Below are positions 13,701-25,560 of a stretch of 64,000 nucleotides of DNA, in pieces. Location of the stretch: assembly GCA_048013815.1 (NCBI GenBank), contig CM106585.1, forward strand, positions 744,001 through 808,000, read 5' to 3'. Source of the stretch: Setoptus koraiensis. Taxonomy: Eukaryota; Animalia; Arthropoda. A program made the position numbers and the translations under genes. The stretch's first letter is position 1. Each line of letters starts with the position of its first letter. The notes beneath the pieces were generated by a model, which was not told the origin of the DNA, ran no database searches, and saw only the letters and a list, made by a program, of their open reading frames with translations.

Positions 13701-15518
13701 CGTTCTTCCGAAATACTGATTCAACTTTGCCTCTTTGTAGTCGCCAAACACACACACTGATGGCTCTTGTTATTCCATCTTGTGTTGTATTGTGGCTTCG
13801 GGATCGGAAATATCGCATTAAAACAATCGTGCAAACGTCGTCGTGGTCGTAGCGGTCGTAGCGGTCGTAGCCAACCATTGGCCCTGGTGGTTGTCACGAG
13901 AAAAATTTCCACCATTTTGCTGCCCATTCTAGTTGCTTTTGTCGCTGTTTGGCATCAGTAGAGAGTGATTGTGGGGCCAATTGTTTTTCCAAAATGGAAC
14001 CGACTTAGTACAACTTGAATCGCAAGCAAGCGTTTCGTTTTCGGCCAGTGGCAAGCCCTCCATTTGGCTATTCCGTGAGCCAGTCAGCAACAATATTAAT
14101 CTTGTGTGCATTAGAGAGATGAAGCACTGGATTGAGACCCAACATTTTCATAGTTTACGTAAGTGTGCTACCAACTTGGGCCACTGCACTCACGAGCAAA
14201 CACACTCGAAGTTATCCATCCGAAATCGTTGTTCTCCCTCCCTTTTTCTCTTATTCTCTTTGATATCCCAACTGTTTGCGCGTTTGAGTTATCTGGCTTG
14301 TTTCAGGCCACAAGCAATGTCAGGGTTAAAGACCTCTCAAGAAAGAGCGAGCGAGAGAGAGAGAGAGAACAAATCTTCGAAAGGATTCGTTTCTTTGCCT
14401 CACTTTATCCGTTGCTTGGCCGGCATTTAAATAACGGCATTATAAGCGAGCTAGTCACATTGGACCGTTTGCTGGTGCCGCTAACCAGGGTCAATATCAT
14501 TTGCAATGCCTAATTTGTTCTTGTCGTTACTGTTGTTGCTTGCTGTCATTATATATCATTTTATTTGCTAATATCGTACGCAACACTGCCAAATGGCCTG
14601 CTCCAGTGAAACATGTAATAAGTTTTCGCGTTGCCATCAACAGCACCATCACGTAACCAGATGTAGATGGCTAAGTTGCAAGTCGCTAGGTCATTTGCAC
14701 TGTGTCTGTCACGGACCCTCTATCTACAAATTACACGATTCGGGCTCGTCACTGGCAACAACAGAATCACCCTCGGTCCTCTCTCTCTCTCTCTCCTTCT
14801 CTCCGTCTGTTTTTTCGCTGATGCTGTTTCAATGTAGTAACTAAAAGTTGTGTTCGTCCGTCGTGCGGACGATAAATGATCACAGCGGCAAGATATCAAT
14901 GACATCTGTAGCCATATACATGTCCCTTCCTTCGACGAGTTTCGCGCATTTACAATATTGGACACATTATGCTGTCACTCTCATGACGCAATAACATAAA
15001 TATCTATCAAAGTTACGTACAACAGCTAATTTCCACAATGTAAAATTATCTACGCATACAGTATGCGGCATACTGGAACATAAAGCGTCAAAATATAAGA
15101 TATTAACCAGCCATTAGTTAATCGCGTCGTAGCTGTGTAGTGTAGGTCCTGCCTGTCTTGTTTGTCAGCTACAATCACCGGGGACAGGAAAATCGGATTG
15201 GAGCCGAAATTCTTCCAATTGAGTAATAACTCCGAAAGATTGCAGATTGCTTTCAGGCCAGACCTAACTAGATACGTCTTTTGTTTCTACCGAAAACAGC
15301 GAACTGTCATCAAAACCAATCAAGATTCAATCTAGGTGCCGATGAAAGAACTTAATCCATGAATATTTGAATCTCGTATTTCGAAAAAAACGAAAAATGA
15401 TCTAAAATGATCCGAATAACGATTCGATTGCGACTGGCAGAAACCGAAGAAAATCAGAAGTGTTTGCCATTTCACAGAAACTATATTGCTAAAAGTCCGA
15501 TTGTGTATGTCTACTCAC

Positions 15519-16657
15519 CTTGTTAACACGATAATGTTTGCAAAATTGACCACTATTCCCACCAGACAAATCACCATACATATGGGCGTATGCATGGGCG
15601 AGTAGGCCTGATTGAAGCTGTTGGCCCAATCGCCGAAGAACGGTCTGGGATTCGTATTCGAGGAGCCATTAGCACCGCCAGTGTTGTAAATGCCATACAA
15701 TATTACGGGCCACGGGTTATTTGGATCATAATTGGCGAGATTTTCGCCCATTGGCGCAAGAGAATTGGGCACAGTAAGAAACATCATGTCATCCAGTAGA
15801 GTAATGTTCCAATTGAAGGCAGCATCGACCCAAGATTTAAAGTCGTCATTAGTCAAGTTGACAATGATATCGGCATTTTGTGCACCGCCGCCAGCGCCAC
15901 CAGTTAACAATATGGGCGTTGGCGTAGAGGTGTCATTGTTCAGTGGCGTAATCATTTGTTGTTGTGGTTGTCGTTGTGTGATTATACCAGCAAAGTGCGG
16001 ATAAGTATCATTGGTGATTTGAGCGGTTGGGTCACCCCATTGAGCAGCAATCGGTAGGTGTGATGAGAGATAATTATTGATATATCCATGGGTGCGCGGT
16101 GTTGTTTGTTCGTCGTTATTTGGGGCAAACAAAATCGATGATAGTTCGTTGTTTGTTGTTGACGACCGTAATGAGGGGGCGGTGTGTTCGGGCCGGGGTA
16201 TTTGGTTGTGATTGATTTTGGCACGTTCGCCGGTCGGTTCAGTCGGAGACATAGAGCGCGTATATATTGAGGCATGTTGATTCAAGTCAATCGATTCGGT
16301 TGGATATGGCATTCGTTGCAAAAGTTGTGCAGAGATGTATGTAGTGCCGTCCGAACGTTTGTCGGAAATTTTAGCGAACGGGTAGTTGTTGTATGATGCG
16401 GTTGACAAGTGGTCAAGATTGTCGTCATTGACAGCGTCATCGGTTTTTGCAGTGACGGTAGTGAAATTTTCATTTTTGATAATTTTATTTGGCAATGACA
16501 TACCGATCGGCGAAGACGACACAAGTGGCGCATAATTGGACGTTGCGAATAGTAATAGATAGTGGGTGGCCAATAGTAACAGATAATCAATGATAACGGA
16601 TCGATGTTTTTGGTCATATTGGACGGATACGGGGACGGTTGCGTCATTATTGGGCAT
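15519..16657 (-). CDS. First coding exon of a rhodopsin-like neuropeptide GPCR, myosuppressin-receptor (DmsR)-like; N-terminus plus TM1 only
   Basis: The 380-codon ORF ends in YSPMHTPICMVICLVGIVVNFANIIVLTR, matching the TM1 pattern I recall for myosuppressin receptors (H.Y..LIVC..G..AN..NIIVLTR). It is followed immediately by a strong donor AG|GTGAGT (GT at 15518-15517, phase 2). The track's stop at 15515 lies inside the intron. Confidence 0.85.
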
Positions 16658-18746
16658 AGGTGACGATGGTGGTTCGATAGCCAGTGTATGACAGTTATTT
16701 GCGGAAATGTTGGGATGTTGATGTGAAATTCGGATATTTGTTTGTTGACAATCAGAGATGTGCGGAAATTTTGTTATTCGGAATTTATATTTCCGGATGT
16801 TTGATTGATCGTTTAATTGATTTATTGCGCACGGTAGTTGAAGGATGTGCGTTTCCGGTGCACCCGGAATTAGAAATAGAGATTGTAGACAATAAATTTC
16901 GGGTTTAATTTTCAGTTATGTGATGGCCACACGCATGGAACGGTAACATGAAAAGTTCGGTCGTTGGATATTATTTTGTTGCGCAGAGATGTCGTATGAG
17001 ATTGATATAATCCAGTGGAATGAAATGAGATAATACAAAGTGGTAAGTTAGCGAATGTCGAGCTCTGTTGAGAAATTTGAATCTGTGAATATCTATTTCT
17101 ATCACGAATTGTGAGCTTGATTTGTGTGAATGTGTACACCTAAACTTGGCTATACTATGCTAATTATTGCATCACTCGCACACTGAATTGACTGCATTTA
17201 AATTTGATATGAACTACATTTGAAACTCGAACCGATCTTTTCGGTCAGCCAACTAGCCAGAAAGGCAAAGAATTTCTGTGATGGTATGGGGACTGGCCAA
17301 ACGGGAGAGTAACCGACGAAATGAACTCATTCATTGGGTGTCTAGCGATGTTTGCGACTCAAACTAAACTGATAACAGAGAGGCCCACGCTGGGCCAAAG
17401 TGTCAGAAAAATAACGACCGAAATCGCGCAACAGCCACGCGTGCGCAATAGACAGATAGTGGCTGTCTTGCCGGACTTGAGTGCGCCACATGCACCATAA
17501 ATGCACACAACAAGACGAATAAATGTAAGCAAACCTATTCACTGACATCCCTCGGTTATAGCATAAATTTTGATCATTTGCCAGGCCGAATTTCGCGAAG
17601 GGAGAGAGAGAGGGATGGAGGTGCACTTAATTTGTCTTTGAGCTAGGCCGTATATCATTAGTTGTTTGGTCGGAGTCATTTTCATGCTGCGTGGCACTTT
17701 CTCACGCGAGCACTATTTTGATTGCCAGTGGCCATCAGAAAATAGACAACTAATGATATAATATCACTCACCAGCTGAGTGCACTCATTAAATCGTGATA
17801 TTCTCACCAGAAAGATACCAAAATTTGACTAAAATCGGCAAGGGTATTGATATCGATGGTGGAGAAAGTTTCACCTTGAAATTTTATGCAATCTGTGAAT
17901 ATTCGAATATGAAAAATCGCGGATCATTCAGTATGAGAAGCTAGCAGCCAGCGGTACTAATTGCGACTGTTGGTAATAATTAAAAATAGCGACCCTCTAC
18001 CATGGCACCTTTCAACGATAGGGACAAAGAGAGAACGAGAATTCTATGGTGAAACTTGGAGCATGATAATTGAATTGCGACTGGTAGTAATGTGACGGAA
18101 CAATAATAATGATAATGGCCTAAATTTGATTATGAGTGATACATCATATCGTGTACTCAGCAGTTAGTGTGCACAAAGAGGATGATCTTGCTAGCAATAA
18201 TAAATACATGTAACAGCAAATAATAAATCACTGTTCTGTGGCAATGAAAAGTAATGGATGCAGCAACAGCACAACATAACTGCTGCTTCTGATAGCTAGC
18301 CAACTAATAACTAATGTAACATGTGTAGACGATGACTCGGGGCCTAGGGCGAATGATAAATAAATAATTTCCAAGTAATTCGTTTGCTGCTGACAGCTTC
18401 GTATTGGGCTCGATGGGCACGATACAGCCAAGACGACGACGACGACGGCATGCAAACAACATCTTGTGTTCTCACGTCTGCTGTTGTTGATGTTGTTGTT
18501 CAGCATTCACCATCACTTACTATGTAGAGCTCTTATTCAATCTGAAGAACCTCTAGCTATCTTAATTCTCAAGAGCGTTGAGCCTACTCAACTGTCTAGC
18601 CAATCTGGTGCCATTTAGAACGTAGATAATGAGAGATATCTCGCAAAAAACAGACAGTGCCCATCTTGGGAGAGTAAGTTGGACGAGAGAAACAGATAAA
18701 TAATTGCTCTTAATAGTAGTCACTCAGATATTAGAGAAGTGTCCAC

Positions 18747-18821
18747 CAACTTGGTAGTACCAAGTTGAGGACGTGATTCGATATTGTTGTTCTTTCATGG
18801 TCTTGAGCGACCATGAAAGAA
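18747..18821. repeat. Two adjacent perfect inverted repeats
   Basis: CAACTTGGTA-G-TACCAAGTTG (18747-18767) and TTCTTTCATGGTC-TTGAGC-GACCATGAAAGAA (18790-18821, 13-bp stem). Confidence 0.9.
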
Positions 18822-20747
18822 ATGGCTCTCAGGGACAAAAAAGGAAGGAGATACAAGCAATTAGTAAAGGAAATGACGGCAAATATCTCTTACGTGATGA
18901 TATCATACCGTTGATATGTGATATCATTGATATAAGATGACTTGATCAACATCTATTCTCTTTCTTATTAATGCGCTTGCTCGGTTGCTACGGTTACATA
19001 AATCTTTGGCCCTTTGGCTGTCTTGGCGCTCGGCTGTTCGGTCGGCCAAACGGTGTCGTTGCCACGTACACGTTAATCAGCAAGAATGTCAAAAGCATCC
19101 GAACATCATTAGCAGACTATTTTATTTCTCTCTACTCTGACTGTTATCTAACGGTTTTCGAGAAACATGTTCCCAATGGATCTCCACATGTATCATATAT
19201 AAAAACATGGTGTTTTCGGTATTGCTGTCGTTTCTTTCTTAATTCCTATTATTACCGGTAGTATTATTCGTGAATAAACAGATACAACAATAGTAGATTA
19301 TGTCGCTGTTTGTTGTCAAACGTGCATGTAAACACCTAGTCGTCAAACGACAAGCGCTACACAGAATAAAATTGTTGTTTGCGATTTGTTTTGATGCACG
19401 CTGCTATGTCGCATTTTTTATTATTAGCTTGCTGTTGGTATTGATTAGTTCAGTTTGGATATAAAAGTCGCTCGATGTTGTCGTTTCTTTTATAATGGTA
19501 AGCCTGACCTATCGAATTTCGTAAATGGAACAGCTAGGACCATTCAACAAACATCCCATCTAATCTCATTTCATTTGCCTGCTGCATTTTTCTCATTCGC
19601 TACATTTGTTCATCCGAATCCGCCAATTTCACCCGACCAATTTCAGGTTGTCAGATGAGACTGCCAGTTAAATTGCCTAAAGCCGATTTCCAGTGATATT
19701 TTTGTTCCCTGGCTCTTTCTCTCCGCTTTGTTTCGCCCGCAATCCATAGAGATCTTGTAGGTTATTAATGGATCTTCTGCTTAGTTTGATGTGCAATCGG
19801 TTGACCCTAATTTGACACAAACCGAACGATCCATTTGTGCCTTTTATGTCATTTCTGTCATTGTTTGCCCGAATAATTGGTTTTCTCTTTCACTATTCTT
19901 TCTTCTGGTCACTATATAATCTTCCACTTGTGTGAACAAGTGTCTAACACTGCATGAGCGTATTTATTTAGCTTAGGTCGACTTTTTGGAGCACAACTTT
20001 CCTCCTCAATCGAATAGACAGGTAAATACGGAGCGAAAGACTAATCTGAAAAAAACGAAGACTCTATTTACAAACTGTTATTGTCACAACAAGTTGTATA
20101 TTGGTCCTCAATCTGATTGCATAACTCTCTCCTTTCTTCTCTGTCATTCCAACACAAGTTGTATGAGAGTCAACCGTTGATATAGAGGCTATAACTGAGA
20201 AACGGCCCAATAGCTATCAACTATATAGCAAAGCCAATCTCAATTGACGACCAGCGCGAAACATAAACAACTCAACAACAACACCATTTTGAAGTCTCGC
20301 TTTTTTACTAGCTAACTAGACGAGCTCAATGCAGAGTGAACCAAGAGTGAGTTAGTTTTATTGCCCATTTGTTAGTTGGTGGGCCGAATCTTCTTGAGGC
20401 GCGATATAGAACCCATTACAGCAGAGCGGAATAGTAAAACTCTTGTTGCTGCTGTTATACTTCATCCTCGATCTCTACGCCGTAGCATCATCCATTCTGC
20501 TGGTCGAGCTGGTTGCTGGTTTAATGGTACGCCAACCGACGAAGCTCCGTTTTCCCTCTTTTTATCACCATTTCTGATCGATTTGCCACAAACCTCACAC
20601 ACAAACGCTTCGAAAGACTGCGATAGTGTGTACACTTTGTCCTTGTATATTTTCCACTTGCACGATAAGCGATTGTCTGCAAGTTTCCCAAATCGGGAAC
20701 CCCAAGTATGCTTTTCTGGGCCGCCAAATTTAAACTGTATAAATGGG

Positions 20748-21133
20748 TAGTATCTCGAGGTGACGGGGTTACATCCTCACCCCGGAGTGATTTTCACTAT
20801 GGTGTACACTTTACCCCGAAATGACATCCCGGGACAAAAATAGAGTGACCGAGTGAAAGTGGAGTGATGAGGTGTATTCAAAGAGAGCAAACATACATAA
20901 AACCGAGTCAGGCAGGAGAAACGATTCAAGCTCAATTTGAGATAGTTTTATTCCCAATATATCACTAATATAGCTAATTTAACTGGCAGTCTCCGTTTGC
21001 ACCTCTGACAGTTTAACTCCGTTTTTCAACCCGCCACTCCATTTTCACTCCATTCTCGACCCGTTACTCCATTTTGACTTCGCAGTGACGATCGGGGTGA
21101 GGAGATAGGGTGAACCTTCACTCTGAAACACTA
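20748..21133. mobile_element. Degenerate MITE-like element (386 bp) with imperfect ~45-bp TIRs
   Basis: Left end TAGTATCTCGAGGTGACGGGGTTACATCCTCACCCCG; right end reverse-complemented TAGTGTTTCAGAGTGAAGGTTCACCCTATCTCCTCACCCCG. Subterminal GAGTGA/GGAGTG motifs on the left mirror CACTCC/TCACTC motifs on the right. Flanking 8-mers TAAATGGG and TTGATGAG match 5/8. Confidence 0.6.
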
Positions 21134-21455
21134 TTGATGAGGTCTATTATCAGACCAGACAGATCGAGCGATCCAAAAAACTTGTACTATATATCGGAAT
21201 TGATCGCGAAATCATCCGATGGTAAATAGTGCGATGGCTGCACACCGTTTGTGTGAAACAAGTCGTCATTCAATATTTACTCTCGAATATTTTTTCTTTC
21301 GGAGCATTCTCTCGATAATAATTTGTAGCTGCCTAGGAATGGTTGGCTAGCCAGACAAATCGAAATTGGCTATATATCTGGACGCGTGATGGAAGCGGAA
21401 ATTCCCGATCGAAGTACATCAGGTCCATGACGATGATCATCATCATTAGTCAACA

Positions 21456-21481
21456 ATATATATATATATATATCTATATAT
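21456..21481. repeat. (AT)n microsatellite, one interruption
   Basis: Direct reading. Confidence 0.9.
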
Positions 21482-24400
21482 GCTAGCTTGTATGGATGAT
21501 TTGATAGAAGACGATGATGAAAAGTTGTTCATGATTGATGTGACTCTGTCAAAAGCAAGAATCCAACACTGACTCAGTGCCAACAATTCACTTATCTATC
21601 TGTGCAAATGCTCCACAACCTCGCAACTCAGTAACTTTTTGGCAATCTTCTCCGATCAGTACAATGACAAATAGTGTTGCTATAATGACGATGTCAGTGT
21701 TCGGCTCCATACAGCCTATTATGTGGTCCATTATGTAGGCCTGTGTAACTCTCTTGGTTGCTGTTGGACATAGTCAACTTAGTTATTTGTTGCTACTCAC
21801 ACGCCACCAGTTTTCGTTGAGACTTTGTTAGGTTGGATGATTAGACAGTTAGAAGAATTTTGTGGTCCACAATGTCGACACAAACAAAGTTACTGATGAA
21901 TTCATAACACCCAGGCGCACAAATACACCAATTTAATTTTGGTAATTGTTCACGTGCTTCGTTCAACATGGCAAACATTTGACAGAGTAGACATTCTTCT
22001 AATTAGAGAGCTTTGACGAACAATTAATTTGTGTGACATAAGTGGCATTTTAGAGGCACCAAAACGAGAAAGCAAGAGCGCACGAAAAACCTATAAGTTT
22101 TCAAACATGTCTGATCATTATCGCTGCTAGAGAATAAAATCTCTTATTTGTTCAATTAGACTTTTAATTGGTTCTATACGTGCGTTCCTATAACGGTTAC
22201 AGTACAAGTAGACAAACAACAACTAACCGGTGCCAACTACAAATTACACTGCCTTGTTGTCTACATTGACCACTGAACGTTTTTTCCAACTAACACCTAG
22301 CGACTGTCGGATATAATCCACGACGAAATTGTAGCTCAATCAGTTCTATTGAACTCACAATACATGAGAACTGTTATCATTAGAACGATAGTTTTGAGCT
22401 TCTATTGATTGCTGTGCACACTGTTCACTATCGCACAGTATATTTTTCGATCTGGTGCGACTTATTAGTGTAACATTTGAATCTTCTCTAAACTTGATAC
22501 AACACCCAGAACGTACGTTATCAACCTACTTACCCAACCGACCAATCGGCACATACTTTAGTATACAGGCACCTCTAACAGGAATAAGCACGAACGGCAA
22601 AGAAGCGCAGCTTGATCTACACTAGATTTTCTGAATTCATTGTAGAAAGTTCTACAACGGGATTCACTCTCCAACTGAGGACCCGCGCCCCCCCCCCCAG
22701 GTCTGCCTGTGGCAGTGCCTGTCCCCTCTCAAACATAGGAAGAAACTACCATATATGACTAGGTCTGTTGTTAGATTATCTTTGATAGATATGTTTGTTT
22801 GCCATCAATAGCAACACTGAAGTTGTGATGAAATAATGGTGATCTATCTGCTATGGTCGCTTGTGAAAATTCGCGAAAAATAACTGATCACCCGAAGAGC
22901 ACGTTTCCAACCTAACAACAATTATATTAATCTACATCATTACTGCCCTGAATGACCTAAATCATTCGAGACAAGAAGCATAAAATGCAGTAGCACATTC
23001 TCCTGGCAACAGAGTTTCCTTCTCCAGCTGTTTTGCAGGGTGATATTTTAGTCGATTGCCATCTCATTAGGCGAGACAAGCCAGGAAAAGTTACTTTTAA
23101 TGAGAACACGGTCTGCTGATCACGTTGCGAGCACATTATTTGCAGACAATTCATCGGCATATACCTCGGTATTTTCTGAAACTGAATTTCATTGAATTTC
23201 TATTTTCGGCAGACGTTGGAGTGGACACTTTAGTCCATATGAGATCTCTGTTGCGCTCTGACTGTTTCAATTTTCGATTGTTTTGGCTCACTGGTTCACT
23301 GGTCAGAATAGTCTAGTGGAATTTACATGGATATTTGGTGCGTTGGCGAACACTAACGAACGCCAGAACAAATTTAATGCAATCTCACGTTCCATGAAAT
23401 CTACTTTTAACTACTGTGCGTTGGTCGGATATGATCTGAACACCCTTGAATGATGTCAGTCTTCGATTCGAATACAAGCCAACCAAGCCGATGGCTTGGT
23501 GAAAAGCTTTGGCGACAGACAAAACACCAGAAAGATTCAAGCGAGGAGCTGAAGATTATTTTTCATTGCACTCATTAAAAGGAGGAGTCTTTGGGCTCAG
23601 CGGATTCTTGGACCCTGTAGCTATTGATTTGCACAGCAGGTATGAACGCTCCCCCATCGCGCGAAAGATCACAGAGATTGGATGAAGCTACTGGCTGAGT
23701 TGAGCCCAGAAATCCTCGCTAAGTGCCAATATATGTTGTTAGCATTCGCTGGACTGCAATAAGGGTGACATTCGACCAGATCAAGAGAGGATAAATTACT
23801 CACAACTGACGACTGTTGCTCTCTGACCGTTTAGGATAATCAATCAAGGGTTACAAGCTGAAACCTTGCGAATTTCGATCTTCTATTCTAATCTATGGCT
23901 TTCTTCGATCTCCTGGCTTCATTTTGTTATGGAATAAGAAGTCACTAACTATCACCTACCGTCTGGACATTTTTCATGTGAAATAGCATTGAGGTTGCGC
24001 TTCCATGCTCTCATGCATGATATGAATAATCAATCTACTATCTCATTTACTTATGCATTCCACGCTCCCTTATACTAATGTATCTTAGATAAATAGTTAA
24101 AGAAACTAGTAATGGAAGAAATTATCGCCAACTATTTTCCGATCAGTTCCGTTAAAACTATTGCAGACTTGCACTAGATAATACGTTTTCGAAAGTCGCA
24201 GAAAATGTCTTGCCACAGGGCGTCACAATTAATGACGACGCTCAGTAATCAATCTTCCATGACTGGCCTTATTGTCTAATGGTTTGTTTGTGATCGACGA
24301 AGAACTCACAATCTTTGAATGCCTGAGTATAATCACGGTGAACGTGCAGGTAGAAATAGTTGTCACTGTTATATATGTCACTCATAAGTGTCAGTATTTG

Positions 24401-25280
24401 TGGGATCGGCGGAATCAGCAGCTGCGTTATATCGTTTAGTTCTCCAGCAGGAAGTAGCAAAACTTGGTTACTTTCGAAAGGACTCACAACTATCTTTCGT
24501 AATCACTATTGAAAGAATTATAACTTAGCAAAAAAATGCCATTCTGTAATATGCGTACTGAGTTACTCTTCCTAAGAAAAATAAGTTCAATATTTATTCT
24601 ATGAACTCATGAAATATCGTGAGAACCTTTAGTCAAATCTTTCAAGTAGAAACTCTTGCAGGCACTGAAAAATCGTGGTCCACTCACATAAAACATATTT
24701 TTCCTTGAAATAATCATTCGTTTAGCCCAAACACTGGGATGACGGAAGTAGCCTTTTCATTGGTGCATATTTTATCTGGATCGTTCTAATTGTCACGCGT
24801 GGGCTCAATTTCATGTGCATAATAGATTCCAAACAAACTTGCCAATATTGTAACGTCAACAATGATCTGTTAATTATAACTCATCCGACATACAAAACCT
24901 GCTCGTCCAGTCATCCTCTTGATAGAAGTATGACCCAGTTGCCATATGAGCTGTTCCAATATTGAAGACAACAATAGTAATTTTCTTTGTTGTGAGTGGT
25001 TCAGTCGAGTGACACTCACTAAATCATGTGTTAAAGATGTGCCCAATCGTGTTAATAGACTCGACTGAATGTGGATAATTCTACCGAACAATCCGATGCC
25101 CGTTTGCTGATCAACCGAAAAATTTCAATACTATAGTTTCGTTTGACTGCTGCTCAGTACACAATTGATTCTTTGGCACAATATCAACAACACCTATGCA
25201 GTATAGTGTCAGTGACGGGAACTTTGGTTCGAAAATTTCCGTTCATTCCAAGCAAACTAACCTAGCCTTATGTAGAAAAA

Positions 25281-25560
25281 GTCCACCTAGCGTGCAGTGA
25301 TGGCAAGCTAGCTTAGCAATCAGTTCGAAGCGCATCTACTTGATGGCGCCACAGGCGCATTCTTGATGATCGCCCGATACCAGGATCCGTTCGTTCAGAT
25401 TAGAGTTAGATTGTTGGTAACGTCACCTAGTGGTTACTACGAGCACTAGCACTAACACATTATAGAGCTTTCATGTCAACTGGCTAGCAAATTAGCATAA
25501 ACAGTTTGTGCAAAATAAAGCAGAAGGCGCTAGGTCCGTCTATGCAAAAGATGGCGCCAT
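25281..25560. promoter_or_regulatory. Cluster of CTCF-like/YY1-like motifs (candidate insulator)
   Basis: GTCCACCTAGCG (25281), CTACTTGATGGCGCC (25336), CGTCACCTAGTGG (25421; reverse complement CCACTAGGTGACG), GCAGAAGGCGCTA (25520) and AAGATGGCGCC (25548) resemble the CCACYAGRKGGCGC core. Motif resemblance only. Confidence 0.3.

Noticed and set aside
13289-14513. Longer ORFs of 187, 153 and 116 aa
   Set aside because: Mostly non-ATG starts, repeat-derived stretches, no family signal, and not GPCR TM2-7.
15590-16647. ORFs overlapping the GPCR exon in other frames or on the opposite strand
   Set aside because: Shadows of the real coding exon.
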